A DNA stretch of 64,000 nt from Eledone cirrhosa (taxonomy: Eukaryota). The translations under genes were made by a program, and so were the position numbers. Of the stretch, positions 13,960-28,348 are shown one piece after another (within the stretch, counting starts at the first letter, position 1; each line of letters opens with the position of its first letter). The stretch covers positions 27,838,001 through 27,902,000 of the forward strand of contig OZ024744.1 of assembly GCA_964016885.1 (NCBI GenBank). The letters run 5' to 3'. The notes beneath the pieces were generated by a model. That model worked only from the letters and a program-made list of their open reading frames with translations. It was not told the origin of the DNA and ran no database searches.

Positions 13960-16270
13960 TGTTATTGTCACTGTTGTTGTTGTTGTCGCTGTTATAACTG
14001 TTATTGTCACTGTTGTTGTTGCTGTTGTCGCTGTCATAACTCTTATTGTCACTGTTGTTGTTGTTGTTGTCGTTGTTATCACTGTTATTGTCATTATTGT
14101 TGTTCTCGCTGTTATCACTGGTATTGACACAGTTGTTGTTGTTGTTGTCGCTGTTATAACTGTTATTGTCTCTGTTGTTGTTGTCGCTGTTATAACTGTT
14201 ATTGTCACTGTTGTTGTTGTCGCTGTTATAACTCTTATTGTCACTGTTGTTGTTGTCGCTGTTATCACTGTTATTGTCATTGTTGTTGTTGTTGTCGCTG
14301 TTATCACTGTTATTGTCCCTGTTGTTGTTGTCGCTGTTATAAATGTTATTGTCACTATTGCTTTTGTTGTTGTCGCTCTTATCACTCTTATTGTCATTGC
14401 TGTTGTTGTTCTAGCTGCTATCCCTGTTATTGTCATTGTTGTTGTTGTTGTACTCGCTGTTATCACTGTTATTGTCATTGTTGTTGTTGTTGTCGCTGTT
14501 ATCACTGTTATTGTCACTGTTTTTGTTGTTGTCGCTATTATCACTGTTATAGTCACTGTTGTTTTTGTTGTTGTCGCTGTTATCACTGTTGTCGTCACTG
14601 TTGTTGTTGTTGTCGCTGTTATAACTGTTATTGTCGCTGTTATAACTGTTATTGTCATTGTTGTTGTTGTCACTGTTATCACTGTTATTGACACTGTTGT
14701 TGCTGTTGTTCTCGCTGTTATCACTGTTATTGTCACTGTTGTTGTTGTTGTTCTCGCTGTTACCACTGTTATTGTCAATGTTGTGGTTGTTGTCGCTGTT
14801 ATAACTGTTATTGTCACTGTTGTTGTTGTTGTCGCTGTTATAACTCTTATTGTCACTGTTGTTGTTGTTGTCGTTGTTATCACTGTAATTGTCATTATTG
14901 TTATTGTCGCTGTTATCACTGTTATTGTCATTGTTGTTGTTGTTGTCGTCGCTGTTATCACTTTTATTGTCACTGTTTTTGTTGTTGTCGCTTCTATAAC
15001 TGTTATTTTCACTATTGCTGTTGTTGTCGCTGTTATCACTCCTATTGTCATTGTTGTTGTCGCTGTTATCACTGTTATTGTCACTGTTGTTGTTCTCGCT
15101 GTTATAACTGTTATTCTCACTGTTGTTGTTGTTCTCGCTGTTATCACTGGTATTGTCACTGTTGTTGTTGTTGTCGCTGTTATAACTGTTATTGTCACTG
15201 TTGTTGTTGCTGTTGTCGCTGTCATAACTCTTATTGTCACTGTTGTTGTTGTTGTTGTCGTTGTTATCACTGTTATTGTCATTATTGTTGTTCTCGCTGT
15301 TATCACTGGTATTGACACAGTTGTTGTTGTTGTCGCTGTTGTTGTTGTCGCTGTTATAACTGTTATTGTCACTGTTGTTGTTGTCGCTGTTATAACTCTT
15401 ATTGTCACTGTTGTTGTCGCTGTTATCACTGTTATTGTCATTGTTGTTGTTGTTGTCGCTGTTATCACTGTTATTGTCCCTGTTGTTGTTGTCGCTGTTA
15501 TAAATGTTATTGTCACTATTGCTTTTGTTGTTGTCGCTCTTATCACTCTTATTGTCATTGCTGTTGTTGTTCTAGCTGCTATCCCTGTTATTGTCATTGT
15601 TGTTGTTGTTGTACTCGCTGTTATCACTGTTATTGTCATTGTTGTTGTTGTTGTCGCTGTTATCACTGTTATTGTCACTGTTTTTGTTGTTGTCGCTATT
15701 ATCATTGTTATAGTCACTGTTGTTGTTGTTGTCGCTGTTATAACTGTTATTGTCGCTGTTATAACTGTTATTGTCATTGTTGTTGTTGTCGCTGTTATCA
15801 CTGTTATTGGCACTGTTGTTGCTGTTGTTCTCGCTGTTATCACTGTTATTGTCACTGTTGTTGTTGTTGTTCTCGCTGTTACCACTGTTATTGTCAATGT
15901 TGTGGTTGTTGTCGCATTTATAACTGTTATTGTCACTGTTGCTGTTGTTGTCGCTGTTATAACTCTTATTGTCACTGTTGTTGTTGTTGTCGTTGTTATC
16001 ACTGTAATTGTCATTATTGTTATTGTCGCTGTTATCACTGTTATTGTCATTGTTGTTGTTGTTGTCGTCGCTGTTATCACTTTTATTGTCACTGTTTTTG
16101 TTGTTGTCGCTTCTATAACTGTTATTTTCACTATTGCTGATGTTGTCGCTGTTATCACTCCTATTGTCATTGTTGTTGTCGCTGTTATCACTGTTATTGT
16201 CACTGTTGTTGTTCTCGCTGTTATAACTGTTATTCTCACTGTTGTTGTTGTTCTCGCTGTTATCACTGGT
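13960..16270 (+). repeat. About 1.16-1.19 kb imperfect tandem duplication
   Basis: gacacag occurs at 14126/15314 and ctagctgctatccct at 14411/15572. A chimeric junction monomer actggtattgtcact lies near 15146-15160. Confidence 0.75.
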
Positions 16271-18611
16271 ATTGACACTGTTGTTGTTTTTTTTGTCGCT
16301 GTTATAACTGTTATTGTCACTGTTGTTATTGTTGTTGTCGCTGTTATAACTGTTATTGTCACTGTTGTTGTTGATGTTCTCGCTGTTATCACTGTTATTG
16401 TCATTGTTGTTGTTGTCGCTGTTATCACTGTTATTATCATTGTTGTTGTTGTCGCTGTTATCACTGTTATTGTCACTGTTGTTGTTGTTCTCGCTGTTAT
16501 CACTGTTATTGTCACTGTTGTTGTTCTTCTCGCTGTTATCACTGTTATTGTCATTGTTGTTGTTGTTGTGTTCGCTGTTATAACTGTTATTGTCATTGTT
16601 GTTGTTGTTGTGTTCGCTGTTATCACTGTTATTGTCACTGTTGTTGTTGTCGCTGGTATAACTGTTATTGTCACTGTTGTTTTTGTTGTTGTCGCTGTTA
16701 TAACTGTTATTGTCATTGTTGTTGTTGTTGTCACTGTTATCACTGTTATTGTCACCGTTGTAGTTGTTCTCGCTGTTATCACTGTTATTGTCATTGTTGT
16801 TGTTGTCGCTGTTATCACTGTTATTGTCACTGTTGCTGTTGTTGTCGCTGTTATCTCTGTTATTGTCATTGTTGTTGTCGCTGTTATAACTGTTATTGTC
16901 ATTGTTGTTGTTGTTGATGCTGTTATAACTGTTACTGTCATTGTTGTTGTTGTCGCTGTTATCACTGTTATTTTCATTGTTGGTGTTGTCGCTGTTATCA
17001 CTGTTATTTTCACTGTTGTTGTTGTCGCTGTTATCACTGTTATTGTCACTGTTGTTGTTGTTGTTGTTGTCGCTGTCATAACTGTTCTTTTCACTGTTGT
17101 TGTTGTTGTTGTCGCTGTTATAACTGTTATTGTCACTGTTGTTGTCGCTGTTATAACTCTTATTGTCACTGTTGTTGTTGTCGCTGTTATCACTGTTATT
17201 GTCACAGTTGTTGTTGTCGCTGTTATCATTGTTATTTTCATTGTCGTTGTTGTCGCTTTTATAACTGTTATTGTCATTATTGTTGTTGTTGTTGTCGCTG
17301 TTATAACTGTTATTGTCAGTGTTGTTGTTGCTGTCGGTGTTATAACTGTTATTGTCACTGTTGTTATTGTTGTTGTCGCTGTTATAACTGTTATTGTCAC
17401 TGTTGTTGTTGTTGTTGTTCTCGCTGTTATCACTGTTATTGTCATTGTTGTTGTTGTCGCTGTTATCACTGTTATTGTCGCTGTTGTTGTTGTTCTCGCT
17501 GTTATCACTGTTATCACTGTTATTGTCATTGTTGTTGTTGTTGTGTTCGCTGTTATAACTGTTATTGTCATTGTTGTTCTTGTTGTTGTCGCTGTTATCA
17601 CTGTTATTGTCACTGTTGTTGTCGCTGGTATAACTGTTATTGTCACTGTTGTTTTTGTTGTTGTCGCTGTTATCACTGTTATTGTCACTGTTGTTGTTGT
17701 CGCTGTTATAACTGCTATTGTCACTGTTGTTGTTGTTGTCACTGTTATCACTGTTATTGTCACTGTTGTTGTTCTCGCTGTTATCACTGTTATTGTCATT
17801 GCTGTTGTTGTCGCTGTTATCTCTGTTATTGTCATTTTTGTTGTCGCTGTTATAACTGTTATTTTCATTGTTGTTGTTGTTGTTGCTGTTATAACTGTTA
17901 CTGTCATTGTTGTTGTTGTTGTTGTCGCTGTAGTCACTGTTATTTTCATTGTTGTTGTTGTTGTCGCTGTTATCACTGTTATTGTTGTTGTTGTCGATTT
18001 TATCACTGTTATTGTCACTGTTGTTGTTGTTGTTGTCGCTGTCATAACTGTTCTTTTCCCTGTTGTTGTTGTTGTTGTTGTTGTTGTCACTGTTATAACT
18101 GTTATTGTCATCGTTGTTGTCGCTGTTATAACTCTTATTGTCACTGTTGTTGTTGTTGTCGCTGTTATCACTGTTATTGTCACAGTTGTTGTTTTCGCTG
18201 TTGTCATTGTTATTATCATTGTCGTTGTTGTCGCTTTTATAACTGTTATTGTCATTGTAGTTGTTGTTGTCGCTGTTATAACTGTTATTGTCGCTGTTGT
18301 TGTTGTTGCTGTCGGTGTTATAACTGTTATTAGTTACTGTTGTTGTTGTTCTTCTCGCTGTTACCACTGTTATTGTCAATGTTGTTGTTGTCGCTGTTAT
18401 AACTGTTATTGTCACTGTTGTTGTTGTTGTTGTCGCTGTTATAACTCTTATTGTCACCGTTGTTGTTGTTGTTGTTGTCGTTGTTATCACTGTTATTGTC
18501 ATTATTGTTATTGTCGCTGTTATCACTGTTATTGTCATTGTTGTTGTTGTTGTTGTTGTTGTCGATGTTATCACTGTTATTGTCACTGTTGTTGTTGTTG
18601 TCGCTTCTATA

Positions 18612-21600
18612 ACTGTTATTGTCACTATTGCTGTTGTTGTTGTCGCTGTTATCACTCTTATTGTCATTTTGTTGTCGCTGTTATCACTGTTATTGTCACT
18701 GTTGTTGATCTCGCTGTTATAACTGTTATTCTCACTGTTGTTGTTCTGGCTGTTATCACTGGTATTGACACTGTTGTTGTTTTTATTGTCGCTGTTAGAA
18801 CTGTTATTGTCACTGTTGTTATTGTTGTTGTCGCTGTTATAACTGTTATTGTCACTGTTGTTGTTGTTCTCGCTGTTATCACTGTTATTGTCATTGTTGT
18901 TGTTGTCGCTGTTATCACTGTTATTGTCATTGTTGTTGTTGTTGTCGCTGTTATCACTGTTATTAACACTGTTGTTGTTGTTGTTCTCGCTGTTATCACT
19001 GTTATTGTCACTGTTGTTGTTGTTGTCGCTGTTATAACTGTTATTGTCACTTTTGTTGTTGCTGTTGTCGCTGTCATAACTCTTATTGTCACTGTTGTTG
19101 TTGTCGTTGTTATCACTGTTATTGTCATTGTCGTTGTTGTCGCTTTTATAACTGTTATTGTCATTATTGTTGTTGTTGTTGTCGCTGTTATAACTGTTAT
19201 TGTCACTGTTGTTGTTGTTGCTGTCGGTGTTATAACTGTTATTGTCACTGTTGTTATTGTTGTTGTCGCTGTTATAACTGTTATTGTCACTGTTGTTGTT
19301 GTTGTTGTTCTCGCTGTTATCACTGTTATTGTCATTGTTGTTGTTGTCGCTGTTATCACTGTTATTGCCACTGTTGTTGTTGTTCTCGCTGTTATCACTG
19401 TTATCACTGTTATTGTCATTGTTGTTGTTGTTGTGTTCGCTGTTATAACTGTTATTGTCATTGTTGTTCTTGTTGTTGTCGCTGTTATCACTGTTATTGT
19501 CACTGTTGTTGTCGCTGGTATAACTGTTATTGTCACTGTTGTTTTTGTTGTTGTCGCTGTTATCACTGTTATTGTCACTGTTGTTGTTGTCGCTGTTATA
19601 ACTGTTATTGTCACTGTTGTTGTTGTTGTCACTGTTATCACTGTTATTGTCACTGTTGTTGTTCTCGCTGTTATCACTGTTATTGTCATTGTTGTTGTTG
19701 TCGCTGTTATCACTGTTATTGTCACTGTTGCTGTTGTTGTCGCTGTTATCTCTGTTATTGTCATTTTTGTTGTCGCTGTTATAACTGTTATTTTCATTGT
19801 TGTTGTTGTTGTTGCTGTTATAACTGTTACTGTCATTGTTGTTGTTGTTGTTGTTGTCGCTGTAGTCACTGTTATTTTCATTGTTGTTGTTGTTGTCGCT
19901 GTTATCACTGTTATTGTCACTGTTGTTGTTGTTGTTGTTGTCGATTTTATCACTGTTATTGTCACTGTTGTTGTTGTTGTTGTCGCTGTCATAACTATTC
20001 TTTTCACTGTTGTTGTTGTTGTTGTTGTTGTTGTTGTCGCTGTTATAACTGTTATTGTCATCGTTGTTGTCGCTGTTATAACTCTTATTGTCACTGTTGT
20101 TGTTGTTGTCGCTGTTATCACTGTTATTGTCACAGTTGTTGTTGTCGCTGTTGTCATTGTTATTGTCATTGTCGTTGTTGTCGCTTTTATAACTGTTATT
20201 TTCATTGTAGTTGTTGTTGTCGCTGTTATAACTGTTATTGTCGCTGTTGTTGTTGTTGCTGTCGGTGTTATAACTGTTATTAGTTACTGTTGTTGTTGTT
20301 CTTCTCGCTGTTACCACTGTTATTGTCAATGTTGTTGTTGTCGCTGTTATAACTGTTATTGTCACTGTTGTTGTTGTTGTTGTCGCTGTTATAACTCTTA
20401 TTGTCACCGTTGTTGTTGTTGTTGTTGTCGTTGTTATCACTGTTATTGTCATTATTGTTATTGTTGCTGTTATCACTGTTATTGTCATTGTTGTTGTTGT
20501 CGCTGTTATCACTGTTATTGTCACTGTTGCTGTTGTTGTCGCTGTTATCTCTGTTATTGTCATTTTTGTTGTCGCTGTTATAACTGTTATTTTCATTGTT
20601 GTTGTTGTTGTTGATGTTATAACTGTTACTGTCATTGTTGTTGTTGTTGTTGTCGCTGTAGTCACTGTTATTTTCATTGTTGTTGTTGTTGTCGCTGTTA
20701 TCACTGTTATTGTCACTGTTGTTGTTGTTGTTGTTGTCGATTTTATCACTGTTATTGTCACTGTTGTTGTTGTTGTTGTCGCTGTCATAACTGTTCTTTT
20801 CACTGTTGTTGTTGTTGTTGTTGTTGTTGTCGCTGTTATAACTGTTATTGTCATCGTTGTTGTCGCTGTTATAACTCTTATTGTCACTGTTGTTGTTGTT
20901 GTCGCTGTTATCACTGTTATTGTCACAGTTGTTGTTGTCGCTGTTGTCATTGTTATTGTCATTGTCGTTGTTGTCGCTTTTATAACTGTTATTTTCATTG
21001 TAGTTGTTGTTGTCGCTGTTATAACTGTTATTGTCGCTGTTGTTGTTGTTGCTGTCGGTGTTATAACTGTTATTAGTTACTGTTGTTGTTGTTCTTCTCG
21101 CTGTTACCACTGTTATTGTCAATGTTGTTGTTGTCGCTGTTATAACTGTTATTGTCACTGTTGTTGTTGTTGTTGTCGCTGTTATAACTCTTATTGTCAC
21201 CGTTGTTGTTGTTGTTGTTGTCGTTGTTATCACTGTTATTGTCATTATTGTTATTGTTGCTGTTATCACTGTTATAGTCATTGTTGTTGTTGTTGTTGTT
21301 GTTGTCGCTGTTATCACTGTTATTGTCACTGTTGTTGTTGTTGTCGCTTCTATAACTGTTATTGTCACTATTGCTGTTGTTGTTGTCGCTGTTATCACTC
21401 TTATTGTCATTTTGTTGTCGCTGTTATCACTGTTATTGTCACTGTTGTTGATCTCGCTATTATAACTGTTATTCTCACTGTTGTTGTTCTGGCTGTTATC
21501 ACTGGTATTGACACTGTTGTTGTTTTTATTGTCGCTGTTAGAACTGTTATTGTCACTGTTGTTATTGTTGTTGTCGCTGTTATAACTGTTATTGTCACTG

Positions 21601-24600
21601 TTGTTGTTCTCGCTGTTATCACTGTTATTGTCATTGTTGTTGTTGTCGCTGTTATCACTGTTATTGTCATTGTTGTTGTTGTCGCTGTAATCACTGTTAT
21701 TGTCACTGTTGTTGTTGTTCTCGCTGTTATCACTGTTATTGTCACTGTTGTTGTTCTTCTCGCTGTTATCACTGTTATTGTCATTGTTGTTGTTGTTGTG
21801 TTCGCTGTTATAACTGCTATTGTCATTGTTGTTGTTGTTGTTGTCGCTGTTATCACTGTTATTGTCACCGTTGTTGTTGTCGCTGGTATAACTGTTATTG
21901 TCACTGTTGTTTTTGTTGTTGTCGCTGTTATCACTGTTATTGTCACTGTTGTTGTTGTCGCTGTTATAACTGTTATTGTCACTGTTGTTGTTGTTGTCAC
22001 TGTTATCACTGTTATTGTCACTGTTGTTGTTGTTCCCGCTGTTATCACTTATTGTCATTGTTGTTGTTGTCGCTGTTATCACTGTTATTGTCACTGTTGC
22101 TGTTGTTGTCGCTGTTATCTCTGTTATTGTCATTGTTGTTGTCGCTGTTATAACTGTTATTGTCATTGTTGTTGTTGTTGTTGTTGCTGTTATAACTGTT
22201 ACTGTCATTGTTGTTGTTGTTGTCGCTGGTATCACTGTTATTTTCATTGTTGTTGTCGCTGTTATCACTGTTATTGTCACTGTTGTTGTTGTTGTTGTTG
22301 TTGTCACTGTTATAAATGTTATTGTCACTGTTGTCGTTGTTGTCGCTGTTATCACTGTTATTGTCACTGTTGTTGTTGTTGTTGTCGCTGTCATAGCTGT
22401 TCTTTTCACAGTTGTTGTTGTTGTTCTCGCTGTTATCACTGTTATTGTCACTGTTGTTGTCGCTGTTATCACTGTTATTGTCAGTGTTGTTATTGTTGTT
22501 GTTGCTGTTATTACTGTTATTGTCACTGTTGTAGTTGTTGTCGCTGTTATAACTGTTATTGTCACTGTTGTTGTTGTTGCTGTCGCTCTTATCACTGTTA
22601 TTGTCATTGTTGTTGTTGTGGCTGTTATCACTGTTATTGTCACTGTTGTTGTCGCTGTTATCACTGTTATTTTCATTGTTGTTGTTGTTGTTCTCTCTGT
22701 TATCACTGTTATTGTCACTGTTATTGTCACTGTTGTTGTTGTTCTCGCTGTTATAACTGTTATTGTGACTGTTGTTGTTGTCGCTGTTATAACTGTCATT
22801 GTCATTGTTGTTGGTGGTGTCGCTGTTATCACTGTTATTAACACTGTTTTTGTTGTTGTTCTCGCTGTTACCACTGTTATTTCACTGTTGTTGTTTTTGT
22901 CGCTGTTATCACTGTTATTGTCACTGTTTTTGTTGTTGTCGCTATTATCACTGTTATTGTCACTGTTGTTTTTGTTGTTGTCGCTATTATCACTGTTATT
23001 TTCATTGTTTTTGTTGTCGTTCTCGCATTTATCACTGTTATTGTCAGTGTTGTTGTTGTTGTTCTCGCTGTTATCACTGTTGTCGTCACTGTTGTTGTTG
23101 TTCTCTCTGTTATCACTGTTATTGTCACTGTTGTTGTTCTTCTCGCTGTTATCAATGTTATTGTCATTGTTGCTGTTGTTGTGTTCGCTGTTATAACTGT
23201 TATTGTAACTGTTGTTTTTGTTGTTGTCGCTGTTTTTCACTGTTATTGTCACTGTTGTTGTTCTGGCTGTTATCACTGGTATTGACACTGTTGTTGTTTT
23301 TATTGTCGCTGTTAGAACTGTTATTGTCACTGTTGTTATTGTTGTTGTCGCTGTTATAACTGTTATTGTCACTGTTGTTGTTGATGTTCTCGCTGTTATC
23401 ACTGTTATTGTCATTGTTGTTGTTGTCGCTGTTATCACTGTTATTGTCATTGTTGTTGTTGTCGCTGTTATCACTGTTATTGTCACTATTGCTGTTGTTG
23501 TTGTCGCTGTTATCACTCTTATTGTCATTTTGTTGTCGCTGTTATCACTGTTATTGTCACTGTTGTTGATCTCGCTGTTATAACTGTTATTCTCACTGTT
23601 GTTGTTCTGGCTGTTATCACTGGTATTGACACTGTTGTTGTTTTTATTGTCGCTGTTAGAACTGTTATTGTCACTGTTGTTATTGTTGTTGTCGCTGTTA
23701 TAACTGTTATTGTCACTGTTGTTGTTGTTCTCGCTGTTATCACTGTTATTGTCATTGTTGTTGTTGTCGCTGTTATCACTGTTATTGTCATTGTTGTTGT
23801 TGTTGTCGCTGTTATCACTGTTATTAACACTGTTGTTGTTGTTGTTCTCGCTGTTATCACTGTTATTGTCACTGTTGTTGTTGTTGTCGCTGTTATAACT
23901 GTTATTGTCACTTTTGTTGTTGCTGTTGTCGCTGTCATAACTCTTATTGTCACTGTTGTTGTTGTCGTTGTTATCACTGTTATTGTCATTGTCGTTGTTG
24001 TCGCTTTTATAACTGTTATTGTCATTATTGTTGTTGTTGTTGTCGCTGTTATAACTGTTATTGTCACTGTTGTTGTTGTTGCTGTCGGTGTTATAACTGT
24101 TATTGTCACTGTTGTTATTGTTGTTGTCGCTGTTATAACTGTTATTGTCACTGTTGTTGTTGTTGTTGTTCTCGCTGTTATCACTGTTATTGTCATTGTT
24201 GTTGTTGTCGCTGTTATCACTGTTATTGCCACTGTTGTTGTTGTTCTCGCTGTTATCACTGTTATCACTGTTATTGTCATTGTTGTTGTTGTTGTGTTCG
24301 CTGTTATAACTGTTATTGTCATTGTTGTTCTTGTTGTTGTCGCTGTTATCACTGTTATTGTCACTGTTGTTGTCGCTGGTATAACTGTTATTGTCACTGT
24401 TGTTTTTGTTGTTGTCGCTGTTATCACTGTTATTGTCACTGTTGTTGTTGTCGCTGTTATAACTGTTATTGTCACTGTTGTTGTTGTTGTCACTGTTATC
24501 ACTGTTATTGTCACTGTTGTTGTTCTCGCTGTTATCACTGTTATTGTCATTGTTGTTGTTGTCGCTGTTATCACTGTTATTGTCACTGTTGCTGTTGTTG

Positions 24601-27600
24601 TCGCTGTTATCTCTGTTATTGTCATTTTTGTTGTCGCTGTTATAACTGTTATTTTCATTGTTGTTGTTGTTGTTGCTGTTATAACTGTTACTGTCATTGT
24701 TGTTGTTGTTGTTGTTGTCGCTGTAGTCACTGTTATTTTCATTGTTGTTGTTGTTGTCGCTGTTATCACTGTTATTGTCACTGTTGTTGTTGTTGTTGTT
24801 GTCGATTTTATCACTGTTATTGTCACTGTTGTTGTTGTTGTTGTCGCTGTCATAACTATTCTTTTCACTGTTGTTGTTGTTGTTGTTGTTGTTGTTGTCG
24901 CTGTTATAACTGTTATTGTCATCGTTGTTGTCGCTGTTATAACTCTTATTGTCACTGTTGTTGTTGTTGTCGCTGTTATCACTGTTATTGTCACAGTTGT
25001 TGTTGTCGCTGTTGTCATTGTTATTGTCATTGTCGTTGTTGTCGCTTTTATAACTGTTATTTTCATTGTAGTTGTTGTTGTCGCTGTTATAACTGTTATT
25101 GTCGCTGTTGTTGTTGTTGCTGTCGGTGTTATAACTGTTATTAGTTACTGTTGTTGTTGTTCTTCTCGCTGTTACCACTGTTATTGTCAATGTTGTTGTT
25201 GTCGCTGTTATAACTGTTATTGTCACTGTTGTTGTTGTTGTTGTCGCTGTTATAACTCTTATTGTCACCGTTGTTGTTGTTGTTGTTGTCGTTGTTATCA
25301 CTGTTATTGTCATTATTGTTATTGTTGCTGTTATCACTGTTATTGTCATTGTTGTTGTTGTCGCTGTTATCACTGTTATTGTCACTGTTGCTGTTGTTGT
25401 CGCTGTTATCTCTGTTATTGTCATTTTTGTTGTCGCTGTTATAACTGTTATTTTCATTGTTGTTGTTGTTGTTGATGTTATAACTGTTACTGTCATTGTT
25501 GTTGTTGTTGTTGTCGCTGTAGTCACTGTTATTTTCATTGTTGTTGTTGTTGTCGCTGTTATCACTGTTATTGTCACTGTTGTTGTTGTTGTTGTTGTCG
25601 ATTTTATCACTGTTATTGTCACTGTTGTTGTTGTTGTTGTCGCTGTCATAACTGTTCTTTTCACTGTTGTTGTTGTTGTTGTTGTTGTTGTCGCTGTTAT
25701 AACTGTTATTGTCATCGTTGTTGTCGCTGTTATAACTCTTATTGTCACTGTTGTTGTTGTTGTCGCTGTTATCACTGTTATTGTCACAGTTGTTGTTGTC
25801 GCTGTTGTCATTGTTATTGTCATTGTCGTTGTTGTCGCTTTTATAACTGTTATTTTCATTGTAGTTGTTGTTGTCGCTGTTATAACTGTTATTGTCGCTG
25901 TTGTTGTTGTTGCTGTCGGTGTTATAACTGTTATTAGTTACTGTTGTTGTTGTTCTTCTCGCTGTTACCACTGTTATTGTCAATGTTGTTGTTGTCGCTG
26001 TTATAACTGTTATTGTCACTGTTGTTGTTGTTGTTGTCGCTGTTATAACTCTTATTGTCACCGTTGTTGTTGTTGTTGTTGTCGTTGTTATCACTGTTAT
26101 TGTCATTATTGTTATTGTTGCTGTTATCACTGTTATAGTCATTGTTGTTGTTGTTGTTGTTGTTGTCGCTGTTATCACTGTTATTGTCACTGTTGTTGTT
26201 GTTGTCGCTTCTATAACTGTTATTGTCACTATTGCTGTTGTTGTTGTCGCTGTTATCACTCTTATTGTCATTTTGTTGTCGCTGTTATCACTGTTATTGT
26301 CACTGTTGTTGATCTCGCTATTATAACTGTTATTCTCACTGTTGTTGTTCTGGCTGTTATCACTGGTATTGACACTGTTGTTGTTTTTATTGTCGCTGTT
26401 AGAACTGTTATTGTCACTGTTGTTATTGTTGTTGTCGCTGTTATAACTGTTATTGTCACTGTTGTTGTTCTCGCTGTTATCACTGTTATTGTCATTGTTG
26501 TTGTTGTCGCTGTTATCACTGTTATTGTCATTGTTGTTGTTGTCGCTGTAATCACTGTTATTGTCACTGTTGTTGTTGTTCTCGCTGTTATCACTGTTAT
26601 TGTCACTGTTGTTGTTCTTCTCGCTGTTATCACTGTTATTGTCATTGTTGTTGTTGTTGTGTTCGCTGTTATAACTGCTATTGTCATTGTTGTTGTTGTT
26701 GTTGTCGCTGTTATCACTGTTATTGTCACCGTTGTTGTTGTCGCTGGTATAACTGTTATTGTCACTGTTGTTTTTGTTGTTGTCGCTGTTATCACTGTTA
26801 TTGTCACTGTTGTTGTTGTCGCTGTTATAACTGTTATTGTCACTGTTGTTGTTGTTGTCACTGTTATCACTGTTATTGTCACTGTTGTTGTTGTTCCCGC
26901 TGTTATCACTTATTGTCATTGTTGTTGTTGTCGCTGTTATCACTGTTATTGTCACTGTTGCTGTTGTTGTCGCTGTTATCTCTGTTATTGTCATTGTTGT
27001 TGTCGCTGTTATAACTGTTATTGTCATTGTTGTTGTTGTTGTTGTTGCTGTTATAACTGTTACTGTCATTGTTGTTGTTGTTGTCGCTGGTATCACTGTT
27101 ATTTTCATTGTTGTTGTCGCTGTTATCACTGTTATTGTCACTGTTGTTGTTGTTGTTGTTGTTGTCACTGTTATAAATGTTATTGTCACTGTTGTCGTTG
27201 TTGTCGCTGTTATCACTGTTATTGTCACTGTTGTTGTTGTTGTTGTCGCTGTCATAGCTGTTCTTTTCACAGTTGTTGTTGTTGTTCTCGCTGTTATCAC
27301 TGTTATTGTCACTGTTGTTGTCGCTGTTATCACTGTTATTGTCAGTGTTGTTATTGTTGTTGTTGCTGTTATTACTGTTATTGTCACTGTTGTAGTTGTT
27401 GTCGCTGTTATAACTGTTATTGTCACTGTTGTTGTTGTTGCTGTCGCTCTTATCACTGTTATTGTCATTGTTGTTGTTGTGGCTGTTATCACTGTTATTG
27501 TCACTGTTGTTGTCGCTGTTATCACTGTTATTTTCATTGTTGTTGTTGTTGTTCTCTCTGTTATCACTGTTATTGTCACTGTTATTGTCACTGTTGTTGT

Positions 27601-28348
27601 TGTTCTCGCTGTTATAACTGTTATTGTGACTGTTGTTGTTGTCGCTGTTATAACTGTCATTGTCATTGTTGTTGGTGGTGTCGCTGTTATCACTGTTATT
27701 AACACTGTTTTTGTTGTTGTTCTCGCTGTTACCACTGTTATTTCACTGTTGTTGTTTTTGTCGCTGTTATCACTGTTATTGTCACTGTTTTTGTTGTTGT
27801 CGCTATTATCACTGTTATTGTCACTGTTGTTTTTGTTGTTGTCGCTATTATCACTGTTATTTTCATTGTTTTTGTTGTCGTTCTCGCATTTATCACTGTT
27901 ATTGTCAGTGTTGTTGTTGTTGTTCTCGCTGTTATCACTGTTGTCGTCACTGTTGTTGTTGTTCTCTCTGTTATCACTGTTATTGTCACTGTTGTTGTTC
28001 TTCTCGCTGTTATCAATGTTATTGTCATTGTTGCTGTTGTTGTGTTCGCTGTTATAACTGTTATTGTAACTGTTGTTTTTGTTGTTGTCGCTGTTTTTCA
28101 CTGTTATTGTCACTGTTGTTGTTCTGGCTGTTATCACTGGTATTGACACTGTTGTTGTTTTTATTGTCGCTGTTAGAACTGTTATTGTCACTGTTGTTAT
28201 TGTTGTTGTCGCTGTTATAACTGTTATTGTCACTGTTGTTGTTGATGTTCTCGCTGTTATCACTGTTATTGTCATTGTTGTTGTTGTCGCTGTTATCACT
28301 GTTATTGTCATTGTTGTTGTTGTCGCTGTTATCACTGTTATTGTCACT
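18612..28348 (+). repeat. 4,861-bp tandem duplication (two apparently identical copies)
   Basis: Six indel markers recur at exactly +4861 (18667/23528, 20282/25143, 21075/25936, 21410/26271, 22049/26910, 22880/27741). ORF-track entries are identical at the same offset (18664..20205 = 23525..25066; 21798..22841 = 26659..27702). Confidence 0.93.
19690..21270 (+). repeat. About 795-bp nested tandem duplication (also at about 24550-26130)
   Basis: attagttact occurs at 20282 and 21075 (793 apart) and tctgttattgtcatttttg at 19751 and 20550 (799 apart). The homologous block at 30540-31280 has a single copy. Confidence 0.82.

Noticed and set aside
13945-18255. Thr-rich minus-strand ORFs resembling mucin or TxT ice-binding repeats
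   Set aside because: They have almost no Pro or Ser and no signal peptide or Cys domains. The frame is repeatedly cut by TGA (gttcacgct variant) and by frameshifts that were amplified with the array.
3593-20614. Giant plus-strand Val/Ile/Thr/Ala ORFs (5673 aa; also 351..3407, 33194..40165, 40505..47965)
   Set aside because: The main codons (GTT, GTC, ATT, ACT, GCT) are at least two substitutions from a stop, so the frame stays open neutrally. The product is implausibly hydrophobic and drifts into the Cys frame at indels.
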